From an uncultured delta proteobacterium (lineage in GTDB: Bacteria > Desulfobacterota > Desulfobacteria > Desulfobacterales > Desulfosarcinaceae), in contig CAVPIL010000003.1 of NCBI GenBank assembly GCA_963704985.1, positions 47,122 through 111,121 of the forward strand: a DNA stretch of 64,000 bases, given 5' to 3'. The notes below the pieces were generated by a model, which had not been told where the DNA came from, made no database searches, and worked only from the letters and a program-made list of their open reading frames with translations. The position numbers and the translations under genes are program-made. Below are positions 39,981 through 51,008 of the stretch, one piece after another (within the stretch, counting starts at the first letter, position 1; each line of letters starts with the position of its first letter).

Positions 39981-41325
39981 CGAGGAAACGGGTGGCGATG
40001 GTAAAGTAAAAGTACACGCTGATGATGTCGACGGCGGTGGTCACAAAGGGCCCGGTGGCAACGGCCGGATCGATATTGATCCGGGCCAGCAGCATGGGCA
40101 CGCATGATCCCACCAGGGCTGCCACGGACATGGAACAGACGACCGCCAGGCAGACCGCCAGCGCCAGCATGTGGGTGCTGTATTGCAGTTGGGCCACCGA
40201 TCCGATCAGCAGGCCGTAAACCAGGCCGAGGACCAATCCGACGGTCAGTTCCTTGCCCACCACCGACCCTATATCACGGATATTGAGCCGTCCGGTGGCC
40301 AGACCGCGGACCACGATGGTGGATGACTGGGTGCCGATATTGCCGCCCATGCCCATGATCACCGGGATGAAGGCGGCCAGGTAGGTGACCCTGCTCAAAC
40401 TGTCTTCGAATTGGCCGATCACGTAAAAGGCGAATATGCCGCCCAGGCAACTGGCAAATAGCCATGGGAGGCGGATGCGGGTGCTTTTAAGGATGCTTTG
40501 GGTCTCGATGAACTCTTCGCCCACACCGGCCATTTTAAGGATGTCCTCAGTGGCCTCCTCGCGGAAAATATCGATGACGTCATCAACGGTGACGATACCC
40601 ATCAGCCGGTTGTTGTCGTCCACCACCGGTACCGCCAGAATATCGTAGCGGGCCACCAGCTTGGCCACTTCCTCCTGGTCCATGTGGGTCTGCACGGACA
40701 GGACATCGGTGGTCATGAAGGCTTTCAGGGGGGTCTGCGGTTTGACCACCACCAGCTGCCGCAGGGAGCACACCCCCACCAGGTTGCCGTATTCGTCCAC
40801 CGCGTAGAGATAGAAGGGCATTTCGACATCGGCAAACTCCTTTTGGATGCGTTCGATGGCCTCTTTGGCAGTGATCTCCTGGTTCAAGGCGATGAAGTCG
40901 GGGTTCATGATGCCGCCGGCAGTATCGTCTTCGAAGCGCATGAGGTCCTCGACTTCGTCGGATCCCTCTTTATTCATGCGCTTGAGCAGGCTGCTGGCGG
41001 TCTCATCAGGGAGTTGATTCAGCAGGTCGGCCACGTCGTCGTTGGGCATGTCTTCCAATATGGTCGCGACCTCGTCCGGATCCATGCCGTCGATGAGTTC
41101 AACGAAGAGGTCCTCGTCCAGTTCGCTGAAGAGGGTTCCTTTTTTTTCCACATCGTCGAGCATGTCGAACAGCAGCCGCTGGTCCGGCAGCGTCAGGCTC
41201 CGGAAGAGGATGGAAAGATCAGCACCATGGGTCTTGTTGACGATTTTGCGCAGCCGGCTGCTGGCTCCCCGGCGCAACAGCCGCTTGACGCTGACGGTCA
41301 AAATTTTTTGTCGATCCTGCGGCAT
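39973..41325 (-). CDS. mgtE: magnesium transporter
   Basis: TAGGIM, CBS pair, DVIDIFREEATED, RLPWL, GGNIGTQS, DPAVATGPFVTT..D. Confidence 0.95.
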   Translation of the reverse strand: MPQDRQKILTVSVKRLLRRGASSRLRKIVNKTHGADLSILFRSLTLPDQRLLFDMLDDVEKKGTLFSELDEDLFVELIDGMDPDEVATILEDMPNDDVADLLNQLPDETASSLLKRMNKEGSDEVEDLMRFEDDTAGGIMNPDFIALNQEITAKEAIERIQKEFADVEMPFYLYAVDEYGNLVGVCSLRQLVVVKPQTPLKAFMTTDVLSVQTHMDQEEVAKLVARYDILAVPVVDDNNRLMGIVTVDDVIDIFREEATEDILKMAGVGEEFIETQSILKSTRIRLPWLFASCLGGIFAFYVIGQFEDSLSRVTYLAAFIPVIMGMGGNIGTQSSTIVVRGLATGRLNIRDIGSVVGKELTVGLVLGLVYGLLIGSVAQLQYSTHMLALAVCLAVVCSMSVAALVGSCVPMLLARINIDPAVATGPFVTTAVDIISVYFYFTIATRFLGV

Positions 41326-41414
41326 GGCTCACTTCTTGTTAAAAATGGGGATCACAATGGATTTCGAAACGCAACACTACTCCACAGCGTCGGCCATTCG
41401 GCTTTCAATGCGGG

Positions 41415-42137
41415 TCAGGGGATCTTCAGGCTCACCACCTGACCGCTGCTGCCGTAGATCTTCACCGGTCGCTCATCCAGGAAAATCTGCAGCCCGGTGG
41501 CATTGCCAATCATCAGATTGAAGCTGTGGGTTCCTTCCAGTTCCAGGCGGTCTTCGGGCTTCAGGTTATAGGATCGGGCACTCTGTCCATCCACAAGCAC
41601 CTTCAACCAGGTCTGCTCCACGGTGATGACCTGAAGTTTGAGCTTTTCCTGCGTCTTTGCCGCGGACCGTCCGCTGCCGGCCGTGTCCGTCCCCGCGGCT
41701 GACGGTTGAGGCAAGACTGCACGTTCCGGCGCAGCAGTGCTTTGCGGCGGCGACGGATCCAGAAAAACATCGATATACTCCAGCATTAGCAGGATGCTGA
41801 TGATTGCGCCCACGGCAATCATCGTCCGACGGACCACCCCCAGTTTTGCCCGGCGTCTGAGCGTCTGCTGCTTGGCATTGTCCTGTCGTTTTAGATCCGA
41901 CAGGTAAAGATCGACGGCCACGTCCGCGTTGGCACCGACGTAATCGGCATAAATCCGGATGAAGCTCTTGACATAGGCCCGCGGAGGAAGCCGGTCATGG
42001 GCATCTTCCTCGATGGCCTTGAGGCAGTGGGTGGTGATCCTTGTTTTTTCAGCAATCGCTTCGATCGCTAAATCCTGCTGCACCCGGAAGCCTTTGAGAT
42101 AGCTTCCGAAGGTATCCTGTTTCGTTTCCGATTCCAT
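41415..42137 (-). CDS. RodZ-like HTH/DUF4115 membrane protein
   Basis: N-terminal HTH (KTRI...L.AIE...LP...YVK.F...YA), TM helix, C-terminal TW..V..DG...IGNA.G. Confidence 0.85.
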   Translation of the reverse strand: MESETKQDTFGSYLKGFRVQQDLAIEAIAEKTRITTHCLKAIEEDAHDRLPPRAYVKSFIRIYADYVGANADVAVDLYLSDLKRQDNAKQQTLRRRAKLGVVRRTMIAVGAIISILLMLEYIDVFLDPSPPQSTAAPERAVLPQPSAAGTDTAGSGRSAAKTQEKLKLQVITVEQTWLKVLVDGQSARSYNLKPEDRLELEGTHSFNLMIGNATGLQIFLDERPVKIYGSSGQVVSLKIP

Positions 42138-42193
42138 ATAAATAGAACTGCTATACCCTAAGGATCGCGAACCCGATTCATTCGTTCCCGATC

Positions 42194-43180
42194 CTAATTG
42201 ATGATTTTGATGTGTGACTGACTGCGCAGATCCTCCAGCCATGAGAGGAATTTTTTATCGACCACCTCTGCAAACAGCTTCTGGTGGATCTCTGCGCGTA
42301 CGCTTGCCAGGGATTTCCCTTCGACTCGGTTGATCGCGTCCACATAAAAGAGCTGGAACCCTTGATCCGTATCCAGAACCGCAGTGGCCTGGCCTGGCTT
42401 CAAGCCTTCGATTGCCTCCTGGATCTGGGGAGAGAGCGTCTCCTTCATGAATTCACCGAGTTTGCCGCCATCTAAAGCGGACGGGCTCTGGCTGAACCTT
42501 CGTGCCAACTCGGCAAAGGATTCTCCGGTTTCAATTTGTGATCGGAGCTGTTGCATCCGTTGCTTTATGGCCTGCTTTTCGTCGTCTGCAGCAAGATCCG
42601 ATGCCCGCATCAGGATGTTGCTCAACTGGTAGTGGAGCTTACCGCCGTAAACCTCGGGGTGGTTGTCGTAGTAGGCCTGGATCTCCTCCTCGGTGATGAC
42701 TATTTTTGACTTGACCTGGTAGTTGACCAGGCGGGTGCGCAGGACTTGCTCCTTGATCTTGGCCCGATATTGCTCCATGGTCATTTGGTCCTGTTCCAAA
42801 AAGCGGCGTAGATCCTCATCGGTAAAGTAATTGGCGGCTTTGATGCGTTCAATGGTGCTGTCGATCTCCGCTTCACCCACCTGGATGTCATTGCGCTTGA
42901 TCTCCTGGTCGGTGAGCTTTTCATCCACCAGGCGGTTGAGAATTTCCTCGCGCACTTTGAAGAGCATCTGCCGCTCCTTTTCCAGGTCGAATCCCTGTTG
43001 ACGGATGCGCTGGGCATAGGGTTCCATGCGCTCATTGAGATCAGACAGCAAAATGATCTCTTCATTGACCACCGCCACGATCCGGTCCAGCACCTCTGCC
43101 GCCGCCGCCGCCGTTGCCCTGGTGGTGGAAACCAGCATCAACATCCCGATCAGCACTCCCAAAGACAAAATTCGCTTCAC
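42194..43180 (-). CDS. SurA-type peptidylprolyl isomerase/chaperone
   Basis: Signal peptide, DRIVAVVNEEII, F.ELARRFS...GGKLG parvulin domain. Confidence 0.9.
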   Translation of the reverse strand: MKRILSLGVLIGMLMLVSTTRATAAAAAEVLDRIVAVVNEEIILLSDLNERMEPYAQRIRQQGFDLEKERQMLFKVREEILNRLVDEKLTDQEIKRNDIQVGEAEIDSTIERIKAANYFTDEDLRRFLEQDQMTMEQYRAKIKEQVLRTRLVNYQVKSKIVITEEEIQAYYDNHPEVYGGKLHYQLSNILMRASDLAADDEKQAIKQRMQQLRSQIETGESFAELARRFSQSPSALDGGKLGEFMKETLSPQIQEAIEGLKPGQATAVLDTDQGFQLFYVDAINRVEGKSLASVRAEIHQKLFAEVVDKKFLSWLEDLRSQSHIKIIN

Positions 43181-43185
43181 GGCAA

Positions 43186-43971
43186 TTATTCCTTTCCCTG
43201 ACTGTTGGATCGGGCTTCAGGGCCTTGGGACTGCTCCCATAGCTCCCAGTTGATCTCAACTCCGTAACGCTTGCGCAGCCCGTCCATCCATTGCGGGTAG
43301 GCCGCTTCCACTTTTTGGCGCTGGAGCTGTTCTACGATGCGGCGCTTCAAATCCATTTCCGGCGCGTCTTCATCCTGAACGGCGAAGTCCTCTTCGTGGG
43401 CCTTATAGTATGTTTCGATGTCCTGCGCGGTTATATTCAGGGCCTGAACCAGGTCCCGGTCGACGACCTTTTCCATGAGCAGCCGCACCTTCAGCCGGTC
43501 CTTCCACAGGGAATACGGGATGGCGCTTTCCAGCAGCATCTGCTCGAACTCGTCCTCAGGGTAATCCTTTTTTATCTCCTGGATGGCCGCCTCCAGCTCC
43601 GAGTCATCCAGTACGATGCCCAGTTCGTTGGCCCGGCGGTCGACAATCACCTCTTCGGCCATCTGGTTCAACAGGCGCAGCCGGGCATCCTGAATTACCC
43701 GGGGATCTACGGAGCGGTCGTCACTGTAGGCAATCCGGGCGGCCTCAAAGGCGCGTTCGAACTGGGCCCGGGTAATGGTCTGCTGATCGGTGCGGATCAG
43801 CACGGCTTCTTGCTGCGACGGGCCTTCAGGCCCGGAACAGCCTGCCAATGCAACCATCAACGCGCAGCAGACGGCCCGCCGCACATGTGCCGAGGCCAGC
43901 GGCCAGCGCTGCCGTACCGATGGTTGAGCATGTGTATAACTTATTGCAACCTTTCCAAATATGGTTCTCAT
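43186..43971 (-). CDS. SurA N-terminal domain lipoprotein
   Basis: Lipobox LAGC; helical SurA_N-like domain; lies between mfd and surA. Confidence 0.75.
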   Translation of the reverse strand: MRTIFGKVAISYTHAQPSVRQRWPLASAHVRRAVCCALMVALAGCSGPEGPSQQEAVLIRTDQQTITRAQFERAFEAARIAYSDDRSVDPRVIQDARLRLLNQMAEEVIVDRRANELGIVLDDSELEAAIQEIKKDYPEDEFEQMLLESAIPYSLWKDRLKVRLLMEKVVDRDLVQALNITAQDIETYYKAHEEDFAVQDEDAPEMDLKRRIVEQLQRQKVEAAYPQWMDGLRKRYGVEINWELWEQSQGPEARSNSQGKE

Positions 43972-43977
43972 GGGCGC

Positions 43978-46900
43978 TCAGGAGTTAACATGTTGTGCTA
44001 TTTCGATCAAGATGTTTTTCGCCTGAGACAGCATGGCCCGGGGTGGCCCTTTGACCAGATTGGCCTTGAACAGATGATCCGGGGTGAATTGGTAGAGCGC
44101 TTTGCCGGCGGTGATCATCGGAATAATCCCCAACGGCCGATGCTGGTGGACTTCGCTGAAGGCCAGGCACAGCTGGCCACCGAACAGGTCCAGGCGTTTG
44201 ACGCCGGCGCGGACCGACAATACCCGCAGCATGATCTTGAGCAGCAGATTTTCCGTCTCTTCGGGCAGCGGTCCGAAACGATCCGCCAACTCCACTTTCA
44301 TGGCGGCGATCTCCTTAAGGTCACTCATCTTGGCCAGGCGGCGGTAGATGGACAGCCGCTGGTCGATATCGGCCACATAGTCTTCGGCGATGAAGGCGGA
44401 CATGGGCAGGTTGATCTCCGGCTCCAGGCCATCGACCCTGGGTTCCCCCTTCATCTGGGCCACAGCCTCCTCCATGAGTTTAAGGAACATATCGTACCCC
44501 ACGGCGGCAATGTGGCCCGATTGAGACGCCCCCAGAATGGCCCCGCCGCCACGGATTTTAAGGTCGTTCAGGGCGATCTGGAAACCGGACCCCAGATCGC
44601 TGTGCTCCATGAGCACCTTGAGACGCTTTTGGGCATCCATTCCCAGGCGGCTCTCTTCGGGGATGAACAGATAGGCGTAGGCCTGTTCGTCGGACCGGCC
44701 CACCCGGCCGCGCAGCTGGTAGATCTGGGAAAGACCGAAACGATCCGCCCGGTTCACCAGGATGGTGTTGGCCGTGGCCACATCGATGCCCGACTCGATG
44801 ATGGTGGTGCACACCAGCAAGTCGATCTCCCGCGCCATGAAGCGCATCATCACCGCCTCCAGATCATCCTCGGCCATCTGCCCGTGGGCCACGGCCAGGC
44901 GCACCTCGGGAACCAGCTTCTGGAGGTGGTCGGCCATGCGGTCGATGGCCTGAACGTGGTTGTGCACGAAAAAGATCTGGCCGCCCCGGGCCAGTTCGCT
45001 GCGGATGGCCTCGCTGACCACGTTGTCGTCGAACTCGCATATGTAGGTAATGATGGCATGGCGCTGCTCCGGCGGCGTGGAGATGACGCTGATGTCCCGG
45101 ATGCCCATCATGGAGAGATGCAGGGTTCTGGGAATGGGCGTTGCCGTTAGGGCCAGCACATCCACGGTGGTTCGCAGGCGCTTGAGTTTTTCCTTGTGCC
45201 GGACCCCGAAGCGCTGCTCTTCATCGATGATGAACAGCCCCAGATCGGCAAAGACCACATCCTTTTGGAGCAGCCGGTGGGTGCCGATGACGATGTCTAC
45301 GGTGCCCTTTTTAATCTCTTCCACGATTCGTCGCTGGTCGGCCCGGGACCGGAAGCGGCTCAGGCAGGCCACTTTCACCGGATAGGCGGCAAAGCGCTGG
45401 ACGAAGGTGGCATAGTGCTGTTCGGCCAGCACCGTGGTGGGCACCAGCAAGGCCACCTGTTTGGCTTCGCTGACGGCCAGAAACGAGGCCCGCAGGGCGA
45501 CTTCAGTTTTGCCGTAGCCCACGTCCCCGCATACCAGGCGGTCCATGGGGCTGGGGGCGCGCATGTCCTCGAGTACGTCTTCGATGGCTTTGAGCTGGTC
45601 TGGAGTCTCCTCGTAGGGAAAGTCCGCCTCGAAGTCGGCAAAGTGGCTGTCGGCCGCGCCATAGCCGTGGCCGGCGTTGACCCTGCGCTGGGCGTAGATC
45701 TTGAGCAGTTCACCGGCGATCTTCTCGGCTGACTTGCGAACTTTTTCCTTGGCCCGCTCCCATGACCGGCCGCCCATTTTGTCAAGGGCCGGCAGCATGC
45801 CTTCCACACCCATGTACTTCTGGATCAGGCCCATGCGGTCCACCGGCAGGTAGAGCCGGTCGTCATCGCGGTAGACGATCAGCAGGATAGTCGTTGACGG
45901 TGCCCTCAAGACTCAGCTTGACCAGCCCTTCGTACTGGCCGATGCCGTGCTCGTCGTGAACCACCAGATCGGCCTGCTTAAGATCGGAAAAGGCTAACAG
46001 CTCGGTGTGCACGGTCTTTGCGCTGCGTCTGGGGCGTTTGGTCCGAGGGCCGAACACCTCGGCTTCCGTGGCCACGGCAAGGCCATCGGCCGGCCAGACA
46101 AACCCCGCTGAAAGGCGGCCCCGACAGATGAACACCTGTCCCGGCCGGGGCTGCTGCGGAAACGGTTGACCGATGACGGCCTGCACACCATGGGGTGCCA
46201 GGATGGCGGACAGGCGGCCGGCCTGACGGTCGGTTTCACAGACCATGACCATGGCACGGGCGGCATCCCGTTGCGTTGCAATCCACTGCAGCAGCGGAGC
46301 CGCGGGCTGGTCGGTCTTCCTGGCCTGTTCCATGGCCAGCACCAGATCGTCGTTGTCGGCAACCTCGGCCTCCAGCGCCAATCGGTCGCCAGCACCGGCC
46401 AGCGCCAGCGGCGCCAGGGAGACGGACTCCCGGCGGGCCAGTTCAGCGCTGACCTCTTGCCAGCTTAAAAACAGGTCCGTGGGATCCACGCACAGGCGTT
46501 TTTCGCTGCAGGCTGTGTCATGGTTAACCTGGGCGGTCTGCGCGCTTTTTTCAGCGGCCTGGGCCAGTTCGGCGGGGTTTTCGGCGATGATGACCGTGTT
46601 GCCCGGCAGGTAGTCGAACAGCGTGTCCATGTGGTCGTAGATCAGCGGGGAGAGGCTTTCGATGCCGGGAAATACCCCCTGCTGCTTGATGCGCTGCACG
46701 ATGTCGCGGACGGTGGTGCGCGGCAGCTCCTGTTCCAGGGCCCGCGCCCGGAACCGGCCGACGATGGCGTCCAGCCCGGCTTTCTCCAGGGTTACCTCCC
46801 TGGCCGGCAGGATCACTGCTTCGCGCACATGATCCAGGCTGCGCTGGCTGGCAGGGGAAAAAAAGCGGATGGTTTCGGCAAAGTCGCCGAACAATTCAAT

Positions 46901-47476
46901 ACGCAGGGGGGTGTCATACAGGGGTGAAAAGATATCAATGATGCCGCCGCGGACGCAAAAATCCCCCGGTTCCTCCACCACGACGCTGCGGGTGTACCCG
47001 CCGGCAACCAGTTTGGCCACCAGTCGGTCCGGTTCGATCTCCTCTTCGGCAATGATCAGTTCTGCAAAATCGGCCAGCACGGACTTGGGAATCAGCCGCT
47101 GGCGCAAGGCTGCTGCCGTGGTCACCGTGGTCTGCGGCAGGTGGCCTTCGATCATGGCGTAAAGCGCACGGATACGCCGGGCCGCTGTTTCGTTGTGGTA
47201 GGACATGAATTTGAACGGTGAAATATTATACGCGGGGAAGTGAACGGCGGGTGAACCCCTTTCCCCGACAAAGCAATCGATTTCCGACTGCCGCTGCTCG
47301 GCGGTTTTGGTTGATGCGACCACCACCATCACGGGAGACTTGAGCTGCTGTCTGACAGCGGCAGCCAGACGAGCAGCAGCACTGCCGCTGATTCCTGAAA
47401 TCACCAGGGAACCGGTGCGTTCGGCAATGGCCCGGATCAGTTGCTCCGATGTTCTTTTTGCTTGCTTTTGGTCCAT
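43978..47476 (-). pseudogene. mfd: transcription-repair coupling factor split by +1 frameshift near 45886
   Basis: N-terminal half (UvrB-like, VVH.EHGIG.YEG) and C-terminal half (LYLPV, GDVGYGKT, DEEQRFG, QLRGRVGR, TRCF) are in different frames; junction reads GAC TAT C CTG CTG ATC. Confidence 0.88.
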
Positions 47477-47505
47477 AAACACTATAGTTGGTTTTCCTGT
47501 TTTCA

Positions 47506-47581
47506 GCCGGCGTAGCTCAGCTGGTAGAGCAGCTGATTCGTAATCAGCAGGTCCGCGGTTCAAGTCCGCGCGCCGGCTCCA
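47506..47581 (+). tRNA. tRNA-Thr (anticodon CGT)
   Basis: 76-nt cloverleaf with GCCGGCG/CGCCGGC acceptor stem, loop TTCGTAA, GGTTCAAGTCC T arm, encoded CCA. Confidence 0.97.
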
Positions 47582-47591
47582 TGGCCAGTTC

Positions 47592-47631
47592 CGGGTTCCC
47601 TCATCTGCCTTGCGGGAACCCGTTTTTTTTC
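47592..47631 (+). terminator. intrinsic terminator after tRNA-Thr
   Basis: CGGGTTCCC...GGGAACCCG followed by a T run. Confidence 0.85.
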
Positions 47632-47799
47632 AATTCCGGCACGGGTTGGGAGCCGTTGCAGCGGATGTCCGCCGATGGGCCGCCTTATTAGCGCAACCCA
47701 CATTGATTTTGCAACCGCCGTTTGTGATCAGCCACCCTTTTTGCTATCATCACGGCACCGATTGACCAGCAGTCCCAGCCGTAACAGGAGAGATCTTCC

Positions 47800-49653
47800 A
47801 TGCAGCTTTCACCCCAGCAGCAAGCCGCTGTCGAACATACCGGCTCGCCGGCGCTGGTGGTGGCCGGTGCCGGATCAGGCAAGACCCGCACCCTGACCGC
47901 CAAATTCGCCCACCTGGTGCAAGCCGGTATTCCGCCGGAACGGATTCTGGCCATTACCTTCACCAACAAGGCGGCCGACGAAATGAAGGGTCGCCTGATC
48001 CGTATGACCGGCATGGGTCGGCACCGTTTTCCTTGGGTGCGGACCTACCACTCCGCCTGCTTCCAGATCCTGAAGGAACACAGCCATCTGCTGGGTTACC
48101 ACCAGCCCATTCAGGTCTTTACGACATACCACCAGCAAAAGACGGTCAAGGAGGTGTTGCTGGCACGCAATTACGATAAAAAACATGCCCTGTCCGTACT
48201 GAGTCAGATTTCCAACGCCAAGAACAGCGGGCATCCCGGTGCCTATTTCGACAGCCACCCCCGCCAAGGCAACATCCGCCTGATTGATGTGTACGAGCGC
48301 TACGAAAGCATGCTCAAGGCGGCCAATGCAGTGGACTTTGACAACATCCTGCTCCTTGTCCGCAACCTGCTGCGCGACCACGCGGACCTCCGCCAGCGGT
48401 ACCGGATCATGTTTCAATATATTCTGTGCGACGAATACCAGGACACCAACGACCTGAACGAGGAGATCACCGCCCTGCTGCTTAAAGACGGCAACCTGTT
48501 TGCCGTGGGCGACGACTGGCAATCCATCTACTCGTTCAGGATGAGCAATGTCAGTCATTTCCTGTCCTTTAAAAAGAAATACAGGGGCGCACGGATATTC
48601 CGGCTGGAGCAGAACTACCGCAGCGCCGACGAAATCGTGCAGCTGGGTAACCGGGTCATCGGCTATAATGAAAGCCGTATGGAAAAAAACTGCTTTTCTG
48701 ACAGGGAAGGCGGGGTGGTGGAGACCCATGAGTTCTATACCGACCAGGAGGAGGCCCGCTGGGTGGCGGACAAGATTCGCAGCCTGGTCCGGATGAGCAT
48801 TCCCCATGAAAGGATAGCGGTGCTTTACCGCACCAAGTTCTGCTCCCTGCCATTCGAGCAGGCCTTTCGCCGGGCGCACATCCCCTACCACATGATGGGG
48901 GGCAAGGGCTTTTTCGATCGGTTGGAGATTCTGGATCTGAACTGCTACATCACCGCCGCGGTGTTCGACAAGGATGACACGGCTTTCGAACGAATCCTCA
49001 ATACACCCAAACGGGGCATCGGGCCGGGTACGGTGAAAAAAATTTCGCAAATGCGCAGCGGATCCATGAGCCTGAAAGAGGCCGCCCGGCAGGCCGTGGC
49101 CGAACGGGTGCTCACCCCCAGGCTCTACAAGGCCCTGAAAGAGCTGCTGGCACTGCTGGACGATATTCGGGACCTGCGGCCCGACGAAGCCATCCGCCGC
49201 ACGATTGCCCGCACCGGGTATATGGATCATCTGGAAAGCTACACCCGAAGCAACTCCATGGATCTCACCGCCCGTCAGGAAAACATCGATCAGCTGATCC
49301 ACGCCGCCGCCCAGAAAGAGACGATCGTGGATTACCTGGAAGAAGCGGCCCTGGTGCGCGAGGATAAGGAGGATGAGGAGGAATCCGCCGGCGTCAATCT
49401 TTCCACCGTACATGGGGCCAAGGGGCTGGAGTTTCATACGGTGTTCGTGATCGGCTGCGAGGAACAGCTGTTCCCCCACTGGCGATCCATGGACCGTACC
49501 GAAGACCTGGAGGAGGAGCGGCGGCTCATGTACGTGGCGGTGACCCGGGCGGAGCGCTGCCTTTTTATCACCTCCGCCAGTTACCGCAAGGGCCAGTTCA
49601 ACCCCCGCAGCCGCTTCCTGGATGAGATCGACACGGTGTTGACCGACCGGTAA
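47800..49653 (+). CDS. UvrD/PcrA/Rep family DNA helicase
   Basis: AGAGSGKT, TFTNKAA, DEYQD, VGDDWQSIYSFR, LEQNYRS, H.AKGLEF, EERRL.YVA.TRA. Confidence 0.95.
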   Translation: MQLSPQQQAAVEHTGSPALVVAGAGSGKTRTLTAKFAHLVQAGIPPERILAITFTNKAADEMKGRLIRMTGMGRHRFPWVRTYHSACFQILKEHSHLLGYHQPIQVFTTYHQQKTVKEVLLARNYDKKHALSVLSQISNAKNSGHPGAYFDSHPRQGNIRLIDVYERYESMLKAANAVDFDNILLLVRNLLRDHADLRQRYRIMFQYILCDEYQDTNDLNEEITALLLKDGNLFAVGDDWQSIYSFRMSNVSHFLSFKKKYRGARIFRLEQNYRSADEIVQLGNRVIGYNESRMEKNCFSDREGGVVETHEFYTDQEEARWVADKIRSLVRMSIPHERIAVLYRTKFCSLPFEQAFRRAHIPYHMMGGKGFFDRLEILDLNCYITAAVFDKDDTAFERILNTPKRGIGPGTVKKISQMRSGSMSLKEAARQAVAERVLTPRLYKALKELLALLDDIRDLRPDEAIRRTIARTGYMDHLESYTRSNSMDLTARQENIDQLIHAAAQKETIVDYLEEAALVREDKEDEEESAGVNLSTVHGAKGLEFHTVFVIGCEEQLFPHWRSMDRTEDLEEERRLMYVAVTRAERCLFITSASYRKGQFNPRSRFLDEIDTVLTDR

Positions 49654-49967
49654 CGCGCCTTCTTTGCTTACCGCCGGCTGCCGAACATGGCCAGCGTCAT
49701 CGGAATCTGGCTGGCGGCCTGGGGATAGCGGATTCCCCGTCTAACGCTTCAGGCTGATCGCATTTTCAGCCCCATCGGCACGTCAATGCCATCCGGGCAA
49801 CCGGTTCCTGCGATTACCCTGTCGATTGCAGCTTATGAACTTGACATCATCCAGTCTTCCGTATATTTTTAATAGCTGTATGATTTTATTGAACAAAGCG
49901 GTGGTTCAGGTTGATAACCGTACTTTGGACCCCTGGACTCGGGTCAGGGGCACAGGATCAGGATTAA

Positions 49968-50300
49968 ATGAACTGTATCGATGCCATAGAGGGCACGGCA
50001 AAGGCGCTGCTGGGCAAGTTTCTGGAAATCTCCACCGAGGGGCGGATGGACGCCAGCGAGTATATCTGCAATGTGAAGGCGGTGATCGACGCGGTGGCGC
50101 TCTTCGTCAAAAACAACCCGGAGGTCAGTGAGACGCCGGAGCTCATTGGAGGTGTGCTCTATGATTTTGCCAAAGCGCAGTGGCTGACACGTATGGAAAA
50201 AACCGTCGATCCCGATCAGGGGGAGGGGGCCAAGCCGGATATAGAATACCAGGCATACTGTTACGACTATGTTTTTGCCCACGGCAACTACCCGCGCTGA
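49968..50300 (+). CDS. hypothetical protein
   Basis: AGGA RBS, upstream TTGACA (49841), protein-like composition, no recognised motif. Confidence 0.7.
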   Translation: MNCIDAIEGTAKALLGKFLEISTEGRMDASEYICNVKAVIDAVALFVKNNPEVSETPELIGGVLYDFAKAQWLTRMEKTVDPDQGEGAKPDIEYQAYCYDYVFAHGNYPR

Positions 50301-50396
50301 TCAAAAGTGACTGCCAAGGCAACCATCCGAATTTTAACCGTCTGCTGAAAAACAGGTTTTTCTCAACGTTAAACCGCCCGAAAAGGAAATCTTCAA

Positions 50397-50525
50397 ATGA
50401 CCGAAACAGATGACGAAGTGCTGAAAGCTGAGATAGACGAGATAATGAGCATGGTGGATACGATTATGGACAAGGTGGCCCGGGTCATTCCTGAAGACAA
50501 GCAAGAGGCAGACGGTCAGGGGTGA
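50397..50525 (+). CDS. 42-aa acidic small protein (not in ORF track)
   Basis: AAGGA RBS at 50383-50387; MTETDDEVLKAEIDEIMSMVDTIMDKVARVIPEDKQEADGQG*. Confidence 0.55.
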   Translation: MTETDDEVLKAEIDEIMSMVDTIMDKVARVIPEDKQEADGQG

Positions 50526-50603
50526 CCGCGTGATGTTCCATGATCCGATTCTGCTTGAACAGCGTTATCAGGCAACCGGCAACCATTTTTTTCAGGAGGC
50601 GCT

Positions 50604-50885
50604 ATGGCATTGACCAAGAACGAAATCGTCGCGAAGGTGAACGACCTGGGCTTTACGAAAAAAAAGGCCATTGAAACCGTCGAATCCCTGCTCGAGATCA
50701 TTAAAGGAACCCTCGAGGGTGGAGACGATGTTCTCGTCTCCGGTTTCGGAAAGTTCTGTGTGAAAGAAAAAAAGAAGCGACGGGGGAGAAATCCGGCCAC
50801 CGGTTCCGATCTGACCTTGCGGGAACGCAAGGTGGTCACATTTAAATGTTCGGGAAAACTGCGCAGTAAGATCAACGGCGGCTGA
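50604..50885 (+). CDS. integration host factor alpha-like protein
   Basis: MALTK, VSGFGKF, RRGRNPATG, VVTFK.S.KLR; AGGAGG RBS. Confidence 0.93.
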   Translation: MALTKNEIVAKVNDLGFTKKKAIETVESLLEIIKGTLEGGDDVLVSGFGKFCVKEKKKRRGRNPATGSDLTLRERKVVTFKCSGKLRSKINGG

Positions 50886-51008
50886 GTCCAACCACCGGGG
50901 AAGACCCGGCCGATAGGGGCAACAACGCCGGCTCTTTTACCAAGGGTGCCATCCACTGCCGCCGGATGTCAGGACGCATGTTGCTTCCTGCCTGAATTCA
51001 TTTGTCGC

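Noticed and set aside
45863-45909. Programmed ribosomal frameshift in mfd
   Set aside because: No slippery heptamer or evident stimulatory element, and mfd is not a gene I know to be recoded
47506-47800. tRNA as integration site for a genomic island
   Set aside because: No integrase nearby, no duplicated tRNA 3' end noticed, and a housekeeping helicase follows
49659-49728. Short hydrophobic frame FFAYRRLPNMASVIGIWLAAWG* after the helicase, possible gene remnant
   Set aside because: Too short, with no RBS-supported start; cannot be supported from sequence alone
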